A stretch of DNA of 56,682 nt from Actinomycetes bacterium (GTDB taxonomy: Bacteria; Actinomycetota; Acidimicrobiia; IMCC26256; PALSA-610): positions 1 through 56,682 of the forward strand of contig JAODBI010000049.1 in assembly GCA_025463875.1 (NCBI GenBank), given 5' to 3'. This document shows, piece after piece, positions 50,619 to 56,682 of the stretch. The notes beneath the pieces are model-generated. The model ran no database searches, was not told the DNA's origin, and saw only the letters and a list, made by a program, of their open reading frames with translations. Every line of letters starts with the position of its first letter. Within the stretch, counting starts at the first letter, position 1. The position numbers and the translations under genes were made by a program.

Positions 50619-52283
50619 TTGACACAAGCAGAAACGCAATACGACTTTATCATCGTCGGCGGCGGGTCCGCCGGTTGTGTGCTCGCGAATCGTCTCAGCG
50701 AGGATCCTTCGACGCGCGTGCTGGTCCTGGAAGCAGGCCGGCCCGACTACCGCTTCGACGTGTTCGTGCACATGCCGGCGGCCCTGTCGTTCCCGATCGG
50801 GAGTCGGTTCTACGACTGGAAGTACGAGTCCGAGCCCGAACCGTTCATGAACGGACGGCGCATCTACCACGCGCGCGGGAAGCTGCTCGGTGGTTCGAGC
50901 AGTATCAACGGGATGATCTTCCAGCGGGGCAACCCGCTCGACTACGAGCGCTGGGCCGCGGATCCCGGTATGGCCGAGTGGTCGTACGCACATTGCCTGC
51001 CGTACTTCAAGAAGATGGAGACGTGCCTGGCGGGCGCGGACGAGTTCCGCGGTGGGTCGGGACCTCTGGTACTCGAGCGCGGTCCCGCCACCAATCCCCT
51101 GTTCCAGGCGTTCTTCGGCGCAGTGCAACAGGCTGGGTACGAGCTCACCGACGACGTCAACGGTTACCGCCAAGAGGGCTTCGCCGCTTTCGACCGCAAC
51201 ATCCGGCGCGGGCGGCGCCTGAGCGCGGCGGGCGCGTACCTGCATCCGGTCATGCGCCGACCGAACCTCGACGTGAAGACCCGCGCGTTCACCACCCGGA
51301 TCCTGTTCGACGGCACGCTCGCGACCGGCGTCGAGTACACGACCCGGCGCGGTCAGGTCGAGCGGGTCACGGGCCGCGAGATCATCTGTTGCGGCGGCGC
51401 GTTCAACTCGCCGCAGCTGCTGCAGCTGTCGGGGGTCGGAAACGCGGCGGAGCTGAGCGCGCTCGGCGTCGACGTGGTGCACGATCTGCCCGGTGTCGGC
51501 GAGCACATGCAGGACCACCTCGAGGTGTACATCCAACATAAGGCGACGCAGCCCGTCTCGATGGCGCCGATGATCGCGAAGTGGCGCCGCCCGTGGATCG
51601 GGCTGCAATGGTTGATGCGCCGCGGACCGGGCACGACGAACCATTTCGAAGCGGGGGGTTTCGCGCGCAGCAACGACTCGCGCGTCTATCCCAACGTGAT
51701 GTTCCACTTCTTGCCGATCGCGATTCGCTACGACGGCTCGATGCCGCCCGGCGGGCTCGAGCACGGTTACCAAGTGCACGTCGGTCCGATGTACTCCAAC
51801 TCACGGGGTTCGTTGAAGATCACGTCGCGCGATCCCAAGGTGAAACCCGCGCTGCGGTTCAACTACCTGTCGACGCCCGAGGACGAGGTCGAGTGGGTCG
51901 AGACCGTGCACGCGGCGCGCAACATCCTCTCGCAGCCCGCATTCGGGCCGTTCAGCGGCGGCGAGATCTCACCCGGTCCGAGCGTCTCGAGCGACGACGA
52001 GATCCTCGAATGGGTGCGGCGGGACGCGGAGACCGCGCTGCATCCGTCGTGCACGTGCCGCATGGGCATCGAGGCCGATTCGGTACTCGATCCCGACACG
52101 ATGCGCGTGCACGGTGTCGACGGTCTGCGCGTCGTCGATGCCGCGTCGATGCGCTACATCACGAACGGCAACATCTACGCGCCGGTGATGATGCTCGCCG
52201 AGAAGGCGTCCGACCTCATCTTGGGGAATACGCCCCTCGCGCCCCAGCCCGTCGAGTTCTTCCGCCGCGACCTCGCCCGCTGA
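50619..52283 (+). CDS. betA: Choline dehydrogenase (GMC oxidoreductase)
   Basis: [71 protein letters not shown]. Confidence 0.95.
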   Translation: MTQAETQYDFIIVGGGSAGCVLANRLSEDPSTRVLVLEAGRPDYRFDVFVHMPAALSFPIGSRFYDWKYESEPEPFMNGRRIYHARGKLLGGSSSINGMIFQRGNPLDYERWAADPGMAEWSYAHCLPYFKKMETCLAGADEFRGGSGPLVLERGPATNPLFQAFFGAVQQAGYELTDDVNGYRQEGFAAFDRNIRRGRRLSAAGAYLHPVMRRPNLDVKTRAFTTRILFDGTLATGVEYTTRRGQVERVTGREIICCGGAFNSPQLLQLSGVGNAAELSALGVDVVHDLPGVGEHMQDHLEVYIQHKATQPVSMAPMIAKWRRPWIGLQWLMRRGPGTTNHFEAGGFARSNDSRVYPNVMFHFLPIAIRYDGSMPPGGLEHGYQVHVGPMYSNSRGSLKITSRDPKVKPALRFNYLSTPEDEVEWVETVHAARNILSQPAFGPFSGGEISPGPSVSSDDEILEWVRRDAETALHPSCTCRMGIEADSVLDPDTMRVHGVDGLRVVDAASMRYITNGNIYAPVMMLAEKASDLILGNTPLAPQPVEFFRRDLAR

Positions 52284-52286
52284 CAA

Positions 52287-52369
52287 ACGCGCCCAAAACC
52301 CTGCCAACAGTGGGCAGGAAAACGTGCGCCACGCGCCGAAAACCCTGCCCACAGTTGGCAGTGAAAACG
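52287..52369. repeat. Two ~38-bp palindromic repeats at 44-bp period between convergent betA and bmt
   Basis: ACGCGCCCAAAACCCTGCCAACAGTGGGCAGGAAAACG and ACGCGCCGAAAACCCTGCCCACAGTTGGCAGTGAAAACG. Confidence 0.88.
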
Positions 52370-52372
52370 GCG

Positions 52373-53383
52373 TCAGCGGGCGCGGCGGCGTTCGCGGCTG
52401 CGGGCGCCTTGTGACTCCGCCGTTTCGGGCGCGGAGTTCGCGAGCGGACCGATGCGTTCGACGATCAGCTCGGGTGTCGGCGCCGCAGCCGCCGAGTGGG
52501 TGTCGAGCGCGACGCGCATCGCGCGGAGATGCTCGGGCGACGTGCCGCAGCAACCACCGACGATCGCCGCGCCCCCGTCGACCGCGAGCCGCGCGTACTC
52601 GGCCATGAGATCCGGCGTGCCGGAATAGACGATCTCGGCGCCGTGGAACTGCGGGATGCCGCAGTTGCCCTTCGAGATGAGTCGATGGGCGCCGTTCGCG
52701 CCGGCCATCTCCAGCAGCGTGACGAGGATGTCGGACGCGCCGACGCCGCAGTTCGCTCCGATCGCCAACGGGGGTCGATCGAGACCGTCGAACGCGGAGC
52801 CGAAAGCCGCGGGGTGGAGTCCCATCATCGTGCGGCCGGCGGTGTCGAACGAACCGGTCGCCGCGTACGGAATCCCGACCGCGATCGCGGCGCGCGCCGC
52901 GGCGCGCAGCTCCTCGGACGCGGACATCGTCTCGATCCATGCGACGTCGGCGCCGCCCGCCGCCAGGCCGGTGATCTGTTCGGTGAACACCTCGAGCGCG
53001 TCATCGTCGGTGAGGGCGCCGAGCGGAGCGAACAACTCCCCCGTCGGCCCCACCGAGCCCGCGACCACAACCGGCCTCGGCGCCGCGTCGGCAACCTCGC
53101 GGGCCAGCTCGGCCGCCCGCCGGTTGAGCTCGAGTACCCGGCCTTCGTTGTGGTGCAGCTTCAAACGGTGCCGATTACCGCCGAACGTGTTCGTCAGGAT
53201 GAGGTCGGATCCGGCGTCGACGAACGCCTGGTGCAGCGCCTTCACGCGGTCAGGATGGTCGACGTTCCACAGCTCGGGCGGCTCGCCGGCCTCGAGCCCC
53301 ATCCGGAAGTAGTTCGTGCCCGTGGCGCCGTCCGCGAGCAGCACCCGACGAGTCGCGAGAAGGGCTTCGAGGGAGGTGCGCAC
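52373..53383 (-). CDS. bmt: Stand-alone homocysteine S-methyltransferase domain (Bmt-like, split methionine synthase module)
   Basis: LADGATGTN, PELWN, ILTNTFG, AGSVGPTG, IETMS, GANCGVG, KGNCGIP, VGGCCGT (Zn-binding Cys), Arg-rich C-terminus. Start placed at GTG 8 nt after a -10 TAGCCT. Confidence 0.9.
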   Translation of the reverse strand: MRTSLEALLATRRVLLADGATGTNYFRMGLEAGEPPELWNVDHPDRVKALHQAFVDAGSDLILTNTFGGNRHRLKLHHNEGRVLELNRRAAELAREVADAAPRPVVVAGSVGPTGELFAPLGALTDDDALEVFTEQITGLAAGGADVAWIETMSASEELRAAARAAIAVGIPYAATGSFDTAGRTMMGLHPAAFGSAFDGLDRPPLAIGANCGVGASDILVTLLEMAGANGAHRLISKGNCGIPQFHGAEIVYSGTPDLMAEYARLAVDGGAAIVGGCCGTSPEHLRAMRVALDTHSAAAAPTPELIVERIGPLANSAPETAESQGARSRERRRAR

Positions 53384-53651
53384 GAAGTCCGAGGCTACGC
53401 CGCCGCGGAGATGCACTTCGGCGACTCCCGGGACTGGTCGTCGACTTCTCTTCAGAAGAGACGATCGCCGTCCGATTGCGGCGGTGCGGGGCAATGCACG
53501 GGCGAAAGTGAATGAGAGAGCTCATGCGTACACGCTCCGGCCATGCCGCGGCCCCGAATAGGGCGCGCCCAATGGCGTCTCACCTGTCACGTTCGGCGCT
53601 CCGCCGGCGACTGGGTCTCAAGTCGGCCGTCCCGGAGCCCGACGACTTGGT

Positions 53652-55238
53652 GTGGAAGAAATTGGGCGAATCGACGCGGCCGCGACCGACACCGCGTTGC
53701 GGACGCTGCTGCGGACGAGCCCCGGCGCCTGGGTCGCCGCCATCGACGACCGCGGCTTCTTCGTCGCCGTCCCTCCGACCCTCGATGTCGGCAGCCACGA
53801 GCTGCTCCCGGCGCGTTCCGCGCTCGATCTCGTCGAGGGCGGCGAACGGGCCGGCGTCGTCGAGACCTGGAACCGCGCGCAGGCCACCGGCGCGGCGCGG
53901 ACCGAAGTGCACCTCAAGGGCACGGGCACCGAAGGGCAGCTGCACTTCTTCGATGTGCGGCCGCTGTACGGCGTCTATGTCGGCGTGCTGGTCGCGGAAG
54001 CCGGCCACGAGCTCACCCGCGTCCGCGAGGCGGTGTCGTTCCGACCGCGCCTGTGCGTCCAGCGCAAGAACGAAGTCGCAGTGTGGACCGAGGTCGACGA
54101 CGACACGAGCCGGATGCTCGGCTGGGAACGGTCGGCGCTCGTCGGTCGGCGTGGGCTCGAGCTCGTGCATCCCGACGACCAGGACCGCGCGATCGAGGCA
54201 TGGATGGACATGCTGGCGCGGCCCGACATGGAGCATCGCGTCCGCGTCCGGTATCTGACATTGAGCGGCGAGTGGCTGTGGGTCGAGACCGTGCACCGCA
54301 ACCATCTCGACGACCCCGAGCTCGGCTATGTCATCGCGGAGTGCCTCGACGTCAGCGACGAGATGGCGGCGCACGAGGCGGTACGCGAGCGTGAGCAGCT
54401 ACTGCAGCGCATCGCGGAGACCGTGCCGCTGGGCTTGTTGCAACTCGATGGTGAAGGTCGGGCCGTGTACGCGAACGAACGGCTCGCGTCGGTCCTCGGC
54501 GGTTCGGGCTCGTCGGCCGACGACCACTTCGGCAACGTCGCCGACGACGATCGGACCGCACTCGACGACGCGCTGCGGGCGCTGTTCGCGAACGGCTCCG
54601 ACCGCGACCTCGAGATCGAGGTTCGGTCGGAACGGCGCCACGATCGTCGGTTCTGTCACGTCCGGCTCCGTGCGCTCACCCAGGACAACGGTACGGTCAG
54701 CGGCGCGATCCTGTGCTTCGAGGATGTGACGGAGCGGGTGCACTCGCGCGCCGAGCTCGAACACCGCGCGACGCGCGACGGCCTCACGGGTTGCCTCAAC
54801 CGGTCGTCGATCATGTCGGTACTGCAGGCCGCGGTCGCGGGCACGACCGGCGTCGGCGTCGCCTTCATCGACCTCGACGGGTTCAAGGACGTGAACGACA
54901 CGCGCGGCCACGCAGCCGGCGACGAGGTGCTCATCGAGACCGCCCGTCGTCTCCGCTTGCACATCCGGACCGACGACACCGTGGGTCGACTGGGCGGCGA
55001 CGAGTTCCTCGTCGTCTGCCCCGGCATCGACTGTCACCACGAGCTGCCGCAACTTGCACTCCGGTTGTGCGACGCACTCCGCGCGCCGATTCCGCTCGCG
55101 AGCGGTGCGCTGGAGCTCCGCGCGAGCATCGGTGTCGGCTCCACGAGCGACGTCGGCCGCAACGCCGACGCGCTGGTCGCCATGGCGGACGCGACGATGT
55201 ACGAAGTCAAGCGCGGCCACCGCGGGAGTGCCGCGTAA
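53652..55238 (+). CDS. PAS-domain diguanylate cyclase
   Basis: VHPDD PAS motif, second PAS, DGLTGCLNR, FIDLDGFK.VND..GH..GD, RTDD I-site, intact GGDEF. Confidence 0.93.
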   Translation: MEEIGRIDAAATDTALRTLLRTSPGAWVAAIDDRGFFVAVPPTLDVGSHELLPARSALDLVEGGERAGVVETWNRAQATGAARTEVHLKGTGTEGQLHFFDVRPLYGVYVGVLVAEAGHELTRVREAVSFRPRLCVQRKNEVAVWTEVDDDTSRMLGWERSALVGRRGLELVHPDDQDRAIEAWMDMLARPDMEHRVRVRYLTLSGEWLWVETVHRNHLDDPELGYVIAECLDVSDEMAAHEAVREREQLLQRIAETVPLGLLQLDGEGRAVYANERLASVLGGSGSSADDHFGNVADDDRTALDDALRALFANGSDRDLEIEVRSERRHDRRFCHVRLRALTQDNGTVSGAILCFEDVTERVHSRAELEHRATRDGLTGCLNRSSIMSVLQAAVAGTTGVGVAFIDLDGFKDVNDTRGHAAGDEVLIETARRLRLHIRTDDTVGRLGGDEFLVVCPGIDCHHELPQLALRLCDALRAPIPLASGALELRASIGVGSTSDVGRNADALVAMADATMYEVKRGHRGSAA

Positions 55239-55266
55239 GGCGCTGCGTCCCCTGGGGACGCCGGCG

Positions 55267-55665
55267 TCAGTCCGGCGGCGCGAAGAATTCCAACGCAATG
55301 TTGTCGGGGTCGCGAAACGACAAGCCCGACCCGTAGGACGCGTCGACGATGCCGCCGTTGGTGATTCCGAGCTCGTGCAGGCGGGACTCCCACTCCGCGA
55401 GCTCGGCGCGGTTCGGGCACGCGAACGCCAGGTGGTCGAGCCCGATCCGGCGCTCATCGAAGGGCGCGGCGCTCTCGAGGTCGGGGAACTGATGGAGTCC
55501 GACCAAGGTGCCGCCGACGACCCAGACCACGTGCCGGAACGGCCCCGTGTCCTCGTCGAGCACCGGCTTCGCGCCGAACAACGCCTCGTACCACGGCACG
55601 CTGCGCGCCAGGTCGCTCACCGTCAACGCAACGTGCGTGATCCCGGGAAAGTTCGCCACTGTCAT
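55267..55665 (-). CDS. VOC (glyoxalase) family protein
   Basis: ITHVALTVSDL.RS..WY, GLDHLAF, FRDPDNIALEF. Confidence 0.92.
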   Translation of the reverse strand: MTVANFPGITHVALTVSDLARSVPWYEALFGAKPVLDEDTGPFRHVVWVVGGTLVGLHQFPDLESAAPFDERRIGLDHLAFACPNRAELAEWESRLHELGITNGGIVDASYGSGLSFRDPDNIALEFFAPPD

Positions 55666-55742
55666 CCTCCTCGATGAACGCGCATGCATGGTCGCGAGCT
55701 CGAACCGTCAGGCGTGCGGAAATGGAAACCAGGGATCGGCCC

Positions 55743-56033
55743 CTAGGAATTGTCGACGTATCCGACGACCTGCGCGAATTCGACACGCGGCCGCACGCCG
55801 TAGAGACCCGTCACGCGCTCCACGAGTTGCTCGGAGAAGAACTCGCGCGCCGCGTCCTCCGACTCCCACATGTAGAAGTTCGTCGCACGGTTGTGCTTCT
55901 CGTCGAGCGTGAAGAATTTGTTGCGCAGTCCCGGCATTCCCTCGAACATCCCACTCGCTTCGCCGGCGATCTTGGTGATGACAGCTTCGTCGAAGCCGTC
56001 GTCGGATTCGAACGTGACGAATACGCCGATCAT
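55743..56033 (-). CDS. YdhR-like putative monooxygenase (dimeric alpha+beta barrel)
   Basis: FEGMPGLRNKFF...NFYMWESEDAAREFF. Confidence 0.8.
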   Translation of the reverse strand: MIGVFVTFESDDGFDEAVITKIAGEASGMFEGMPGLRNKFFTLDEKHNRATNFYMWESEDAAREFFSEQLVERVTGLYGVRPRVEFAQVVGYVDNS

Positions 56034-56417
56034 GAGAGATCTCCCCGTCCGCTGCAGGTCGCGCGGACGCTACTGCTTACGCGACGCGACGCCAAGGCCT
56101 GTCCGGTTGTGGACATTGTCGGAGGCGCTCTCTGTCAGTCCACGTCGGGGCAGCGATGGACCTCGTCCGGACCTTCACGCATGACCCACTCACGTGTTTC
56201 GCCACCCGAAGCGCTGTGCCCCGAACGAACCGCCGACGGCTCGTCTACGTGTACCGGCGCACCGCAATGAGGGCACTCGATCACAGCCATCATTCCCCCT
56301 TACTGAGCGAAGAAGAACAACCGAACCAAGGGTCCCGCGTCTTGAGACTCCGATGCGGATTATGCCGAATCCGTCCGCGCCTGACAAGCCACGACTCGCA
56401 GGACAACGAGTGAGAGG

Positions 56418-56682
56418 ATGGGCACGATGGATCCGTTCACGCGTCGTCCCGATGATCCGCCGGGCGATCCCTCGGGGACACGATTCGCCGAGATCGCGCG
56501 CTCGCTGGCGGCCGAGCCCGACGTTGCCCGGACGTTGCAGCGCATCGTCGACCTCGCGGTCGAGACGATCGACGGATGTGAGGGGGCGGGCCTCTTGATC
56601 GTCAGCCGGGGAAAGATCCTGGCGGGATCGTGGTCAGACGAGGCCGTGCACAGAATCGAGCAACTCGAATACGAGATCGGCG
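56418..56682 (+). CDS. GAF(-ANTAR) regulator, 5' part (runs off the window)
   Basis: Manual translation FAEIARSLAAEPDVARTLQRIVDLAVETIDGCEGAGL...IEQLEYEIG, similar to the 15664..16392 N-terminus. Start could be 56427. The ANTAR domain is not in the window. Confidence 0.8.
   Translation, partial: MGTMDPFTRRPDDPPGDPSGTRFAEIARSLAAEPDVARTLQRIVDLAVETIDGCEGAGLLIVSRGKILAGSWSDEAVHRIEQLEYEIG

Noticed and set aside
53384-53651. SAM or SAM/SAH riboswitch near bmt
   Set aside because: CCTGTCAC near 53583 lacks the conserved core and is on the wrong strand for bmt.
56156-56413. 85-aa ORF or ANTAR-target hairpin (CAATGAGG) upstream of the last gene
   Set aside because: Codon bias is poor. The hexaloop lacks a supporting stem and a partner hairpin.

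Overview
High-GC actinobacterial chromosomal segment. Gene content suggests Acidimicrobiia, but that is an inference. No rRNA, tRNA, CRISPR array, transposase or prophage was recognised. Left to right the window holds: (1) an alpha-glucan/trehalose cluster (glgE, frameshifted treS/mak, malQ, glgB, partial treZ; divergent glgX); (2) a MarR-MFS pair with an internal TGA in the MFS; (3) a STAS/mini-ANTAR/GAF-ANTAR module, a ZIP transporter behind a DtxR/IdeR-type box, and two hemerythrins with SigF/SigB-like promoters; (4) an oxidative catabolic cluster (TauD, D-aminoacylase, LLM, flavoprotein); (5) a promoter-small ORF-terminator unit upstream of a SolA-like oxidase; (6) a LexA-boxed UvrD helicase; (7) a ~16-kb operon plus a convergent bmt gene; (8) a PAS-GGDEF cyclase and a partial GAF-ANTAR gene. 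Block 7 is the main candidate system. It appears to couple choline/betaine uptake and oxidation to a modular cobalamin-dependent methyl-transfer system (non-Pyl MttB, corrinoid protein, RACo activator, DUF1638, 'virulence factor' domain protein, homocysteine methyltransferase). Two short palindromic repeat clusters share a TGCnnACAGTnnGCA core. Several lesions at conserved codons may be sequencing errors. All product calls come from motif recognition by eye; no database search was run.
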